Source of the DNA: Dehalococcoidia bacterium
GTDB taxonomy: Bacteria; Chloroflexota; Dehalococcoidia; UBA2979
Reading direction: 5' to 3'
Length of the DNA stretch: 64,000 bases
Assembly (NCBI GenBank): GCA_041390685.1
Contig: JAWKPL010000001.1
Coordinates: forward strand, 73,784-137,783
The position numbers and the translations under genes are program-made. This document shows, in pieces, positions 17,459 through 27,747 of this stretch. The notes below the pieces were generated by a model. It ran no database searches and had not been told where the DNA came from. It saw nothing but the letters and a program-made list of their open reading frames with translations. How positions within the stretch are numbered: position 1 is the stretch's first letter; the number at the start of each line of letters is the position of its first letter.

Positions 17459-17989
17459 GTGCGGGTCGTCGAGGAGGCGGCTGGGGACGGCGTGTGGGCG
17501 CTGGTCGGCGCCGCTTCATGCCGCCTGCAGGGCGCCGACGCGTACTCGCCCAACCTCGAGTTCATCACCACCGACGCCGCCCTCACCACCCTCGCGGAGA
17601 TGCTCGACATGCCATCGACCTGGGGCCGTGGCGCGCATCTCGCCGCGCGCCGCCTCCATTTCATGCGCGGTCACGTCCCCGTCTTCGTCTTCGCCAATCC
17701 CGTCTTCCACGGCCGCTACGAGTCCCTCTCCCCGATGGACATCCCCTCGCTCTGGGACGCTCGCGCGCGCATCGAGGTGGACCGCGCCACCGTGCTCGCC
17801 ACTCCGCTCGAGTGGGAGCTGCTCCTCGCCGTCGTCCTCGACTCCCCGGCCCGCATCTCGGCGCTCCGCCACCGTCTGCTCGAACGCGGGTTCGACGGCC
17901 GCCTGCTCACGCGCCTCCTGCGCGAGGGCCGGGTGGACGCCGCGACTGAGGAGGCAGTCTGGGCCGTCCTGGAGCGTCGGGACGACTAG
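17459..17989 (+). CDS. hypothetical protein, possible degenerate nucleotidyltransferase-like fold
   Basis: 'GAASCRLQGADAYSPNLEFI' resembles a Pol-beta NTase G[SG]...D.D/E motif, but with Asn in place of Asp. Otherwise there are no motifs. Confidence 0.35.
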   Translation: MRVVEEAAGDGVWALVGAASCRLQGADAYSPNLEFITTDAALTTLAEMLDMPSTWGRGAHLAARRLHFMRGHVPVFVFANPVFHGRYESLSPMDIPSLWDARARIEVDRATVLATPLEWELLLAVVLDSPARISALRHRLLERGFDGRLLTRLLREGRVDAATEEAVWAVLERRDD

Positions 17990-18223
17990 CCGGCGGGCCG
18001 CGTGCGACAAGCGCGATCGCGATATCGTTGCGGTCTGTAAGGGTAGCTACCGGCTCCCACCAGTCGCCCGTCCGTTGATCCACTCGCTCACCGGCTCGAC
18101 GCCCCTGGGAACATGTCGAAACGCCTCGGGAACACGCCCATCACCGAGGAGCAGGCGACGAGGACCGCGGCAACGCCGCTCCCGCATTGACCTAACCCAC
18201 CGGCCCTCCAACGGGGACTGCGG

Positions 18224-19354
18224 TCACCGCGACCGCCTGAGCAGCGGCCCCGCCTCCTTCGCCAGGCGGTCATAGCGACGCTTGAGAGCGGGCAGCGCAC
18301 GAGGGTATGCGGGCACTGTCTCGAACATCCGGACGAACAGCCGCACCAGTCCCTCGAGGTCGGCCAGATCGACCGTCTCCGGGGCCACGCGCTCGCGCGG
18401 TCCGGCGTTGTGGTAGTTCCCCAGCGCAATGCATGCGGCGCCCGTCTCGTACCCGTACAGGTCGTACGCCGTTGCCTCGGTCACGCCGCCGTCCATCAGC
18501 TTGCGCTGATAGCGAAATCCATCCCCCTCCGCCGCCAGTTCCTGGGCGGTCGAGGTCATCCACTGTGTCATGGCCGGCGAGAAGACGTGCAGTGCGTCGC
18601 CGACGCGGATGATCGGCCCGCCGCCCTGTTCCGCGCGCCCTCCGGCCATCGAGGACGTCTCGACCGCCACCACGAGCGCGTCGTCAGGCAGCAGCCGCGC
18701 CCGTGCCGCCGCCGAGGCCCCACGCAGGCCAACCTCCTCGGCCCGCGTGAACAATCCGATCAACGTGCCCGGCGTCCTCGCCCGAGCAACTCGCTCCAGC
18801 ACGGCGAGGATCGCCGCGGCGCCCGCGAGGTCGTCACAGGCCCGCGCCCGCACCAGCGTCCCCCTCAACTCGAACGCTGGGACGTCCCACAATGCCAGGT
18901 CGCCCGCCTCGATCAGAGATCCCCGGTCAGCCTCCGCCACCGCACCGGCAATCCTCCCACCAGCCTCCCGGATGTCCGTCACGCGCGCCCGCCCCCGTGC
19001 TTCGAGGTCTCCCGCCGCGTACAGGCGGACCCGCTCGCCGCTGCCGAACTGCGACCCGAGTCCGCCGCGAAACTCCAGCTCGAGGGCGCGGCCTCGCACC
19101 TCGGTCACCACGAACCCCGGATGGTCCATGTGCGCCCCGAGGACGAGCGGACGCCGTGACCGTCCTCGCCGATACCGCACGTACGCGTTCCCGTAGATGT
19201 CCTCGCCGTACTCGAGGCCGGCCTGCTCCGCAAACGCCCGAATAAAGGCCCGCACCCCTTGCTCGGCATACGAGGCCGTCGGGATCGACACGATGTCGCG
19301 CAACAGCCCATCGAGTGGACGGGGTCCCGCCTCTGACGGAACGCGCTCAGACAT
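18224..19354 (-). CDS. M42-family metallo-aminopeptidase (FrvX/CelM-like)
   Basis: 'LVLGAHMDHPGF', 'ACDDLAGAAAIL' and 'RAEEVGLRGA' are typical M42 motifs. The start is taken at MSERVP (19354) rather than the 395-aa extension. Confidence 0.8.
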   Translation of the reverse strand: MSERVPSEAGPRPLDGLLRDIVSIPTASYAEQGVRAFIRAFAEQAGLEYGEDIYGNAYVRYRRGRSRRPLVLGAHMDHPGFVVTEVRGRALELEFRGGLGSQFGSGERVRLYAAGDLEARGRARVTDIREAGGRIAGAVAEADRGSLIEAGDLALWDVPAFELRGTLVRARACDDLAGAAAILAVLERVARARTPGTLIGLFTRAEEVGLRGASAAARARLLPDDALVVAVETSSMAGGRAEQGGGPIIRVGDALHVFSPAMTQWMTSTAQELAAEGDGFRYQRKLMDGGVTEATAYDLYGYETGAACIALGNYHNAGPRERVAPETVDLADLEGLVRLFVRMFETVPAYPRALPALKRRYDRLAKEAGPLLRRSR

Positions 19355-19413
19355 CAGGTGCCTCCCCGGCATCGGTGCTGGCTCGCGGTGCGCCAGCCAC
19401 GTACGCTGCAAAC

Positions 19414-20670
19414 ATGACCATCGAGGCCATCAGCATATCGGGGCAGCGCGGGCGGCGCCGCAAGAACCGCCCGGTCGACCGCCCCCGGACGCCCATCGAG
19501 GTCGAACTGACCGGGTTCGCCGCCGGCGGGCGTGCCCTGGGCCGTGCCCCTGACGGCCGCGTCGCCTTCGTGGAATTCGCCGTCCCCGGCGAGCGCGTCA
19601 TCGCCGAGATCACCCGCGAGGAACCGTCATTCGTCGAGGCCAGCACCGTCATGGTCCTCGAAGCCTCGCCCTCCCGCGTCGAACCGCGCTGCCAGTACTT
19701 CGGCCGCTGCGGCGGCTGCCAATTGCAACACATCGACTACGAGGCGCAACTCACGTTGAAGACAGACCTGGTCCGCGACCAGCTCCGCCGGATCGGCGGC
19801 TTCGACGATCCGCCGGTCCTCGACGCGATCGGGATGAGCGATCCCTGGGGCTACCGGAACCACATGCGGTTCACCGTCCGCCGCGACGGCCAGGTCGGCT
19901 TCATGCAGCGCGGCACGCATCGCTTCTTGCGCATCGACCACTGCGACATCGCGCACCCGAAAGTGAACGAAGTCCTGCGGCACGTCCAGGACCGGACGAT
20001 GCAGACGGCGCAACTCAGCGTCCGCGTCGGTGAGCACACCGGAGACGTCCTCGTCCAGCCGAAGCTCCGCTGGCGTCCGTCCCGCGGCGCGCAGCTCGCC
20101 AGCGGCCAGCAGCACTACACCGAGCAATTGCGCGACGTGACGTACCGTGTGTCCTCGCCGGCGTTCTTTCAGGTCAACACGCGGCAGGCCGAGGTGCTCG
20201 TCGACCTCGTCGTCAGCCGCGTCGCGGAAGCCCGGCCTCGTGTGGCGGTAGACGCCTACGCGGGCGTCGGTACATTCGCGGCGATGCTGGCTGACCACGT
20301 CGACCGCGTTGTGACCATCGAGTGGTCGGCCGCCGCCGGCGATGATGGCGAAGCCAACCTCGCCCGCTTCCCGAACGTCACCCGCCTCGTCGGCAGCGTC
20401 GAGGATGTCCTCCCCGCACTCGACCCCGGTCCTGACGTCGTTGTGGTCGACCCACCACGCATCGGTCTGCAACGCTCCGTGGTCGACACGATCCTGGCTT
20501 CGACGACGCGCCGTCTGGTGTACGTATCTTGCGATCCGTCCACACTCGCGCGCGATCTCCGACTGTTCGTCGATGGCGGCCTGGGCCTCGTCGAGGTGCA
20601 GCCGCTCGACATGTTCCCGCACACGCAGCACATCGAGTGCGTGACGGTGCTCGACCGCCACACCGACTGA
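19414..20670 (+). CDS. 23S rRNA (uracil-C5)-methyltransferase RlmD/RumA-like (TRAM + Fe-S + SAM MTase)
   Basis: A TRAM domain, then the Cys cluster 'CQYFGRCGGCQLQH', then an MTase domain 'DAYAGVGTFA' and 'VYVSCDPSTLARD'. Confidence 0.85.
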   Translation: MTIEAISISGQRGRRRKNRPVDRPRTPIEVELTGFAAGGRALGRAPDGRVAFVEFAVPGERVIAEITREEPSFVEASTVMVLEASPSRVEPRCQYFGRCGGCQLQHIDYEAQLTLKTDLVRDQLRRIGGFDDPPVLDAIGMSDPWGYRNHMRFTVRRDGQVGFMQRGTHRFLRIDHCDIAHPKVNEVLRHVQDRTMQTAQLSVRVGEHTGDVLVQPKLRWRPSRGAQLASGQQHYTEQLRDVTYRVSSPAFFQVNTRQAEVLVDLVVSRVAEARPRVAVDAYAGVGTFAAMLADHVDRVVTIEWSAAAGDDGEANLARFPNVTRLVGSVEDVLPALDPGPDVVVVDPPRIGLQRSVVDTILASTTRRLVYVSCDPSTLARDLRLFVDGGLGLVEVQPLDMFPHTQHIECVTVLDRHTD

Positions 20671-21278
20671 TGCGGCTCATCCTTGCATCTGGTTCCGCGC
20701 GCCGTCCAGAGCTTCTCGCCTCCCTGGGCGTTCCCTTCGAGGTCCAGCCCGCAGGCGTCGACGAGTCGTCCGGCGAGCGCGACCCCGAGCGACTTGCCCG
20801 CGAGCTCGCGCTGCGGAAGGCATCGGCGGTCCAAGCGCTGGAGCCGCAGGCTGTGGTCATCGGCGCGGACACGCTCGTTTCCTTCGGGGGCCGCTTGTTC
20901 GGGAAACCCGCCGATGCCGCCCAGGCCACCGAGACCCTCCGCGCGCTGAGAGGCCAGACGCATCAGGTCGTCAGCGGCGTGGCCGTGGTCGGCCCGGAGA
21001 AGCGGGCAGTGGCTGCAGTCGTCACCCACGTAACGATGCGTCCATACACCGACGATGACATCGATCGCTACGTCGCGACAGGCTCGCCCCTCGACAAGTC
21101 CGGCGCGTATGCGATCCAGGATCCTGGCTTCGCGCCCGTCGCCTCGTACGACGGCTGCATGTGCTCAGTGATCGGGTTGCCGCTCTTCACCACGCGCCGG
21201 CTACTGCGGGAGGCTACTGGCATCGAGACAGAGCGCCCTGCGTACGACCGCTGCCGCGTCTGCCCCCTGCGGGGGTGA
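20670..21278 (+). CDS. maf: Maf-like nucleoside triphosphate pyrophosphatase
   Basis: 'LILASGSARRPELL' and 'GADTLV...GKP' Maf signatures. The ATG overlaps the upstream stop (ATGA). Confidence 0.85.
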   Translation: MRLILASGSARRPELLASLGVPFEVQPAGVDESSGERDPERLARELALRKASAVQALEPQAVVIGADTLVSFGGRLFGKPADAAQATETLRALRGQTHQVVSGVAVVGPEKRAVAAVVTHVTMRPYTDDDIDRYVATGSPLDKSGAYAIQDPGFAPVASYDGCMCSVIGLPLFTTRRLLREATGIETERPAYDRCRVCPLRG

Positions 21279-21284
21279 TCGGGC

Positions 21285-21914
21285 TCAGCCGCGCACGACG
21301 AGCAACTCCCCGACGAACGTCGAGAGACGCATGCGGAGGCGCTTCGGCTGCTGCTCGTACTCGTCGCTACGGACGTGGATATCACGCACGAACCCCTCCT
21401 CGCGCCGCCCGAGCACCTCAACCGAGCCCACCATCGTCTGCGCGGTCACGTCGACGGCCACGTCGGCCGGCACCCGGACGTGAATCGCCCCCAGCCAGCA
21501 GAGCAGCGTGAGTTCGGTCTCGCCCTCAGGCAGGTCGGCCCTCCCGAGATCGAGCGAGATGTCGCCGAGCACCGTCGAGATGACGGCGTCATCGACCGTC
21601 CAGCCGGACAGGTCCGATCGCACGTGCCCGATCGCTCGGCGCAGGCGGCGCGTGAAGCGACGCACACGCCACGCTGCGATAAACGCCAGCGCGCCGGCCC
21701 AGACGAACGCGAGGCCGACCGCAACGCCGACCGAGCCCGCGACACCATACGAGCGGATCCCCAGGCTATCGAGCAGGAAGAGCGAACCGAGCGCCACGAG
21801 ATACGCGGCGACCGACAGAGGGAGAACGTCCTTTGCGCGCCAGCTCATCCAGTCGGAGCCGTCATCGCCGGCGGTAGTAACGCCGCATACGCTCATACAC
21901 GATGACGAGTCCAA
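21285..21914 (-). CDS. LiaF-like / DUF2154-type membrane protein (start uncertain, possibly MSWRAK at 21848)
   Basis: N-terminal TM helices. The C-terminal beta-rich domain '[33 protein letters not shown]' resembles the LiaF/toastrack domain. Assignment is from memory. Confidence 0.5.
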   Translation of the reverse strand: MDSSSCMSVCGVTTAGDDGSDWMSWRAKDVLPLSVAAYLVALGSLFLLDSLGIRSYGVAGSVGVAVGLAFVWAGALAFIAAWRVRRFTRRLRRAIGHVRSDLSGWTVDDAVISTVLGDISLDLGRADLPEGETELTLLCWLGAIHVRVPADVAVDVTAQTMVGSVEVLGRREEGFVRDIHVRSDEYEQQPKRLRMRLSTFVGELLVVRG

Positions 21915-22251
21915 CGGCGATCAGGATCAATGGCCACAGCTCATTGATCCCCACATCGATCACATCGAGCGACTCCAGGAGGAAGATCACTCCGATGACC
22001 ACTAGGACGACGCCGATCGCCAAAGAACCCCCCGTAGCCACGGACACTGCCACGATTGATTGTACGTTTACAGGGCCGTGTGTACCTTGGACGAGTCCGT
22101 CGATCCGGCTCGGCGTACGTGGAACCCCTCCCGCCCAGCGCTCGGCCTCCCGGCGCCCCCGCGCTCCCTCATCTTCCGACTTGCCGCTCAACCAGTCGTA
22201 TGCACGGAACGGGGACTCGATGACCAACAACGCCGCCTCAGCGATCAGCAA
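21862..22251 (-). CDS. small membrane protein (PspC/LiaI-like?), start uncertain
   Basis: The C-terminal two-TM region is '[16 protein letters not shown]...[25 protein letters not shown]'. The N-terminal part overlaps the promoter of the divergent ABC gene, so the true start is probably internal. Confidence 0.35.
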   Translation of the reverse strand: MLIAEAALLVIESPFRAYDWLSGKSEDEGARGRREAERWAGGVPRTPSRIDGLVQGTHGPVNVQSIVAVSVATGGSLAIGVVLVVIGVIFLLESLDVIDVGINELWPLILIAVGLVIVYERMRRYYRRR

Positions 22252-22951
22252 TCAGATCATCCAGGTCTCGGATCTCGTCAAGAACTACGATTCCGGCGCG
22301 GTCCAGGTGCAGGCCCTGCGAGGGGTCTCGCTTGCCGTGCGCCGTGGGGAGATGGTCGCCGTGATGGGACCCTCTGGCTGCGGCAAGACCACCTTGCTCA
22401 ACTGTCTCTCCGGCATCGACGACGTCACCAGCGGCCAGGTGCTGATCGAAGGGACGGACATCAGCACGCTCGATGACAACACCAAGACGTCATACCGGGC
22501 CCGGCGCATGGGCTTCATCTTCCAGTTCTACAACCTCTTGCCCGTGCTCACGGCAGTGGAGAACGTCGAGTTGCCGCTCCTGGTGTCGGGCACCTCGCCG
22601 AAAGAGTCCCGCGATCGAGCCATCGAGGCGCTGCGTCGCGTCGGCCTCGAGGGCTGGGCTCAACACAAGCCGGGCCAGCTTTCAGGCGGCCAGCGTCAAC
22701 GGGTGACCATTGCGCGGGCGCTCGTCAACCAGCCGGCCATCGTATGGGCAGACGAGCCGACCGGCGACCTCGACTCGGCGACGGCCGGCGACATCATGAG
22801 CCTGATGCAACAGCTCAACCGCGAGCAGTCCCTCACGTTCGTCATCGTGACGCACGACGCCAGTATCGCCGCGCGATGCCACCGCATCATCCACATGCAG
22901 GACGGGCGCATCGAGCGCGAGGTCGTCAACGAGGGGGCCACTGTTGGATAA
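22220..22951 (+). CDS. ABC transporter ATP-binding protein (MacB/FtsE/LolD type)
   Basis: Walker A 'GPSGCGKTT', signature 'LSGGQRQRV' and Walker B '[11 protein letters not shown]'. Confidence 0.9.
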   Translation: MTNNAASAISNQIIQVSDLVKNYDSGAVQVQALRGVSLAVRRGEMVAVMGPSGCGKTTLLNCLSGIDDVTSGQVLIEGTDISTLDDNTKTSYRARRMGFIFQFYNLLPVLTAVENVELPLLVSGTSPKESRDRAIEALRRVGLEGWAQHKPGQLSGGQRQRVTIARALVNQPAIVWADEPTGDLDSATAGDIMSLMQQLNREQSLTFVIVTHDASIAARCHRIIHMQDGRIEREVVNEGATVG

Positions 22952-25900
22952 GCTCTTCGGCATCCCCCTCAACAGCATCATGGTGGCGCTGCTGATCCTG
23001 CTGGCAGTCGCGTTCGCTGTCATCATCTGGATCGCGCTCCGGCGGCCGCTGCTCGTTCGGATGGGACTCCGTAACGCCATCCGGCGCCCTGCGCAGACAG
23101 CGCTCATCGTCGTCGGCGTGATGCTGTCGACCCTGATCATCAGCGCCGCGTTCTCGACCGGTGACACCGTCGGCTACTCCGTGACCAACGTCATCTACAA
23201 CTCGTTGCGAGGCGTGGACTACCTTGTCGGATTCGATGCCGAGAACAACGGCGTGGAGCGCGATCAGGCGTACCTCACGACCGACTTCCTCCGGTCGGTC
23301 GAGGACGAGTTCGCCGACGATCCCGACATCGACGGCATCACCCCGGTGCTGATCGAGCAGTTGCCCATCCTGAACGAAGCGCAGCGTCTGTCCCAGCCAC
23401 AGGGCGCCTTCATCGGCATCGACCCGGAGTCAGTTGAGCCGTTCCGGGCGCTCCGCGACCTGAACGACCGTGAAATCGGCGCAGCCGACCTCACAGGAAA
23501 CCGCACGTATATCAGCGAGCGCCTGGCCCAGCAAGTCGACGCCACGACCGGCGACACGCTCACCGTCTTCGTCGAGAATCGACCAACGACGTTCGAGGTC
23601 ATCGGTGTGGTTCGCGACACTTCGCTCACTTCGCGGAGCGCGCTCGAAGGCGACGCCACCACCGAGCCACCGGGCGGCATGATCGTGAACCTCGAGGTCG
23701 CGCAGGACATCCTCGATCGTGCCGGCCGTATCTCCTTTATCGGCATCTCCACGAGCGGGGGCGTCCGAGACGCGCTGGCACTCGAGGATGACCGGGTGGA
23801 GCAGAAGCTCGATGACTTCATCGACGCGAACCCGGAGAGCCGCGCGACCGTCTTCGCGGCGAAGGATCAGCTCGTTGGCATCGCGGAGCTGATCGGCTCA
23901 GTGTTCGTGACGCTCTTCATCGTGTTCGGGCTGTTCTCGATCGCCGCGGGAATCATGCTCATCTTCCTGATCTTCATCATGCTGGCCGCCGAGCGCCGTT
24001 CGGAGATGGGGATGGCGCGGGCCGTCGGCATGAGTCGGCTCAACCTCACCGAGAGCTTCCTTGCCGAGGGGATGGCGTACAACATCGGTTCGGCAGCCGT
24101 GGGCGCCGTCCTCGGCGTTGGCGTGGCCGCGCTGCTCGTCCTCATCCTGGGGCGGGTATTCAGCGAGACCGGTCTCAACATCACGTTCCACTTCAATCCC
24201 CGCGCGTTCGTGATCGCCTATAGCCTGGGCGTCGTCCTGACGTTCATCACCGTGACGTTCTCGGCCTACCGCGCCGCGAACCTCAACATTGTGCGTGCGA
24301 TTCGCGATATCGATGAGCCTCAGATGCTCGGTGGCAACAGCCGCTCGATCGGAAGCCTGTCGAAGTCGGCGGTCGGCGTGCTGTGGTACGTCGCCTGGCT
24401 CACGCTGCTCGCCGTCCTCGGGTTCGGCGCCACCGTCCTCTTCTTCCTCGGCCTGAGCACGTACGGGATCGGCTTCTTGATTGCCGGGCTGTTGATCGCG
24501 CTCTTCTGGGTAGGCGCACGGTCCGTCAACCGGAGCGGACGCGGACGCTCGCTCGTCGGCTGGGCAGTGCTGGTGCTGTGGTGGGTGGTCTTCACCCCCG
24601 CGGGTCTGCTGGCGCCGCTCACCTGGCTGCTGCTGAAGACGCGCGCGTGGGCGGCGCGTCACCGACACGCGGGTGGATGGGCGCTATGGATGCTCATCGT
24701 CGGTGTGACGCTCACGTACTTCGGCGGCTGGGTCTGGCATCAGCAGTTCGCCTATACGGGCGGTACGACGCTCGCGGTGCTCGCCGTCGCGATGCTGGCA
24801 GTGTATTTCGGCATCCCGGCGCGTCCAGCGTTCACCGTCGCGAGCATCGCCCTCGTGTGGTACTGGCTGCTACCGCTGCCGTTCTCCCTCTTCACGGACG
24901 AACCGCTGGAAAACTTCGGGCCCCTCGAGGGACTCACGAAGATCCTCGGGCTTCCACAGCCTCGCTCGACCGGCAACATCGAGATGTTCTTCGTGTCCGG
25001 CATCTGCATCACTGCATCGGCGACGCTGCTCGTGATCTTCAATGCCGCAGCCCTCCTGGGACTCGTGTCGGCATTCGGGCGGCTGCTGGGCGGTATTGCA
25101 CCGGCTCTGAAGACGGCGATCGCCTATCCGCTCGCCTCGAAGTTCCGGACGGGCATCACCCTCGCGATGTTCGGACTCGTCGTCTTCAGTCTCGTGGTGA
25201 TGGCGACGCTCAACTCCAACTTCACTCAGTTGTTTGCCGGCGAGGAGGCGACCGCCGGCTTCGACGTCGTAGTCGACGCGAACCCGTCGAACCGTATCCC
25301 GGACCTGCGAGCCGCGCTGAACGACGCCGGCTACGACGGCCCACCGCTCGCTGCCGTCGGTACCCAGGTGCTCGCCTCGTCGTTCGGCACGGTCGTCCAG
25401 CATGACGCCAACCCGAAGGAGGACATTCAACCGATTCGGGTCGTCGGAGACGACGAGGAGTTCCTCAGAGTCGCGAACCTGCCCATGAAGTACCGCGCCG
25501 CAGGCTACGAGACCGATCAGGCCGTGATCGAGGCACTCCTCACCGACCCCAGCGTAGCCATCGTCGATGACTCACTCATCGCGGGCGTGAACGAGTTCGG
25601 TGGGCCAGCGGCCGCCGACCAGTTCTCCCTCCGCCGCGCCATCGCGGCCGACGGCTTCGAGCCGGTGGCCGTCACCGTCCAGAATCCGCGCGGGGGCGAG
25701 GATCTGCACCTCAAGGTGATCGGATCCCTCGAACCTCAGGTCACGGGCATTCTCGGGCAGCTCGTCGGGCTGCACACGAACCGGCAGAACATCGACCGGC
25801 TCTTCGGAGGCGGCGATGTGGAGACCTTCTTCATTCAACTCGACGGCGCACCCTCCAAGGCCCGGACGCTGGAGGCGGCGAACGCGATCGAGTCGACGCT

Positions 25901-26372
25901 CCTCGAACGTGGCGTCCAGGCGAGTTCCATCCAAGAGCGTATCGACGATGCGGCGGCGCGGTCGACGGCCTTCCAGTATCTGTTCGAGGGATTCATGGGG
26001 CTGGGTCTGATCGTCGGAATCGCGGCTCTCGGCGTGATCGGCTTCCGGACGGTGGTCGAGCGGCGGCAGCAGATCGGCATGCTCCGCGCGATCGGGTACT
26101 CGAGACGGCTGATCGCCCTCTCGTTCTTCTTCGAGTCCTCGTTCATCGCCCTGGCCGGAGTAGCTATGGGACTCATCCTCGGGACGGCGCTCTCATACAA
26201 CCTGCTGACCAGTCCAACGTTCACTGACGGCGCGGCGATCGACTTCCAGGTGCCGTGGATACGCATCCTGGTCATCTGTGGAATCGCGTACGGCGCGAGC
26301 GCACTGATGACTCTCATCCCGGCCCGGGCAGCATCCCGTGTGGCGGTTGCGGAGGCCCTCCGCTACGAATAA
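22944..26372 (+). CDS. FtsX-family ABC transporter permease with duplicated FtsX domains and large extracytoplasmic domains (1142 aa)
   Basis: Two TM bundles resemble MacB/FtsX C-terminal four-helix domains. The start overlaps the ATPase stop. Confidence 0.85.
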   Translation: MDKLFGIPLNSIMVALLILLAVAFAVIIWIALRRPLLVRMGLRNAIRRPAQTALIVVGVMLSTLIISAAFSTGDTVGYSVTNVIYNSLRGVDYLVGFDAENNGVERDQAYLTTDFLRSVEDEFADDPDIDGITPVLIEQLPILNEAQRLSQPQGAFIGIDPESVEPFRALRDLNDREIGAADLTGNRTYISERLAQQVDATTGDTLTVFVENRPTTFEVIGVVRDTSLTSRSALEGDATTEPPGGMIVNLEVAQDILDRAGRISFIGISTSGGVRDALALEDDRVEQKLDDFIDANPESRATVFAAKDQLVGIAELIGSVFVTLFIVFGLFSIAAGIMLIFLIFIMLAAERRSEMGMARAVGMSRLNLTESFLAEGMAYNIGSAAVGAVLGVGVAALLVLILGRVFSETGLNITFHFNPRAFVIAYSLGVVLTFITVTFSAYRAANLNIVRAIRDIDEPQMLGGNSRSIGSLSKSAVGVLWYVAWLTLLAVLGFGATVLFFLGLSTYGIGFLIAGLLIALFWVGARSVNRSGRGRSLVGWAVLVLWWVVFTPAGLLAPLTWLLLKTRAWAARHRHAGGWALWMLIVGVTLTYFGGWVWHQQFAYTGGTTLAVLAVAMLAVYFGIPARPAFTVASIALVWYWLLPLPFSLFTDEPLENFGPLEGLTKILGLPQPRSTGNIEMFFVSGICITASATLLVIFNAAALLGLVSAFGRLLGGIAPALKTAIAYPLASKFRTGITLAMFGLVVFSLVVMATLNSNFTQLFAGEEATAGFDVVVDANPSNRIPDLRAALNDAGYDGPPLAAVGTQVLASSFGTVVQHDANPKEDIQPIRVVGDDEEFLRVANLPMKYRAAGYETDQAVIEALLTDPSVAIVDDSLIAGVNEFGGPAAADQFSLRRAIAADGFEPVAVTVQNPRGGEDLHLKVIGSLEPQVTGILGQLVGLHTNRQNIDRLFGGGDVETFFIQLDGAPSKARTLEAANAIESTLLERGVQASSIQERIDDAAARSTAFQYLFEGFMGLGLIVGIAALGVIGFRTVVERRQQIGMLRAIGYSRRLIALSFFFESSFIALAGVAMGLILGTALSYNLLTSPTFTDGAAIDFQVPWIRILVICGIAYGASALMTLIPARAASRVAVAEALRYE

Positions 26373-26438
26373 TACAAAAAGGTATGTACGCCTTAGCGAA
26401 AACGCGCTACCCTACCGGTCGCTGGAAGAGGAGCACTT

Positions 26439-26789
26439 ATGTCGAACACCCTCATGCGTGGGGCAGCTACGGCGGTCCTGATCGTGGCGCTGGCCGTCGC
26501 GCAGACTTCGGTCGTGTCAGCACAGGCGCCCGGCGAGATCGGCGGCAATCTACCCCAGAACGGCGGCTACGCGATCGTCGTCTGGGGCGGCGGCACACCC
26601 GATGCGCTCGTCCAGGCCGCAACGGACAAGGGCTGCTCCCCCGCGTCGATCTGGATCACGGCGCAGGGCCAGTTCGTCCCGTACGTGGTCGGTGCTCCCG
26701 ACTTCGTGAACGAGGGGTTCATTGAGCGATTCGACGGTGGATCCCTGCCAGGAGGCACGCCCGTGATCATCGTCTGCCAGACCCTGTAA
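26439..26789 (+). CDS. small secreted protein, unknown domain
   Basis: A signal peptide precedes a domain with 'VVWGGGT...GC....IWIT..G....YVVGAPDFVN', which is shared with the next gene. Confidence 0.6.
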   Translation: MSNTLMRGAATAVLIVALAVAQTSVVSAQAPGEIGGNLPQNGGYAIVVWGGGTPDALVQAATDKGCSPASIWITAQGQFVPYVVGAPDFVNEGFIERFDGGSLPGGTPVIIVCQTL

Positions 26790-26856
26790 GCCTCTAGACG
26801 GGGTTCGGCCAAGGCGTCAAGATAGGACGCCACTACTACTGGAACACGGTGAGCTC

Positions 26857-27678
26857 ATGCGCCTCGAGCCCACACACCCGCTGGTCGGGTTCTTGATCGT
26901 ATCCGCGATAGCGGTCGTGCTGCTCGCAACCCCGCCGCCGGCGGTCGCGGCGGCCGGGGATCTCGTCGGAGACATCCCCGTTCACGGTGCTGGTCTGGTG
27001 GTCTGGGGCGGCGGGACGACCTCGGACCTGAGTCACGCAGCGGAAGGGCGTGGGTGCCACGCCGACATTCTGTGGATTACTGACAGTGGCCGCCTTGCGG
27101 TGTACGTCTACGGTGCACCAGACGTGGTAAACGCCGCGTTTGCCGAACTCTTTCCAGGGGGCATGATCGCCTCTTCGACGGCACTTGTGTTGATGTGCAG
27201 CCCGCCTGTCGCGTCAGCGCCGGCGTCCTCCTCGCCCGCCCAGCCGTCGTCCTTCGATGAGCAGTTCGCTGCGGTCGTGTTCGAGGGCGTAAACCAGGCG
27301 CGTGCGACGGACGGCCACTCAGTGTTGAACCTCGATACGCGATTACGCAGCGCGGCTGAATCCTACGCTCGGCTGCTGCTTGATCGGGGTGAGCTCAGCC
27401 ACAGCCTCGACGGTCAGCCATGGGAGCGAGCACAGCGGGTGGGGTACCCCAGCCAGTATGTGGGCGAAGTCCTCGTCTCCCGGAGCACCTCACTCGAGTT
27501 GAGTATCGGTAGCGATGGACCGGAATTGGTCACCGCGTGGATGGAGAGCCCTCCGCACCGCGCGATCATCCTCGGGAGGGACTACGCGTTCACGGGCCTC
27601 GGTGTGGGGTGTGCAACGGGCGTCGACCCCAGCGGGCTCAATGCCGTCGTCTGCGTCGCGCTGCTGGGCGCGCCGTAA
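26857..27678 (+). CDS. secreted protein: N-terminal domain paralogous to 26439..26789 fused to a C-terminal CAP (SCP/PR-1-like) domain
   Basis: The N-terminal half aligns with the preceding ORF. The C-terminal half has CAP-like 'VNQARA', 'HS' and 'GEVL...W..SP.HR..IL...Y...G.G' motifs. Confidence 0.65.
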   Translation: MRLEPTHPLVGFLIVSAIAVVLLATPPPAVAAAGDLVGDIPVHGAGLVVWGGGTTSDLSHAAEGRGCHADILWITDSGRLAVYVYGAPDVVNAAFAELFPGGMIASSTALVLMCSPPVASAPASSSPAQPSSFDEQFAAVVFEGVNQARATDGHSVLNLDTRLRSAAESYARLLLDRGELSHSLDGQPWERAQRVGYPSQYVGEVLVSRSTSLELSIGSDGPELVTAWMESPPHRAIILGRDYAFTGLGVGCATGVDPSGLNAVVCVALLGAP

Positions 27679-27747
27679 CGCACCCAGCGTCCTTCGTCGT
27701 TCGTCGTTCGCGCGCTCGTTCGACGGAACCGGCGCTGTCGATATCCG

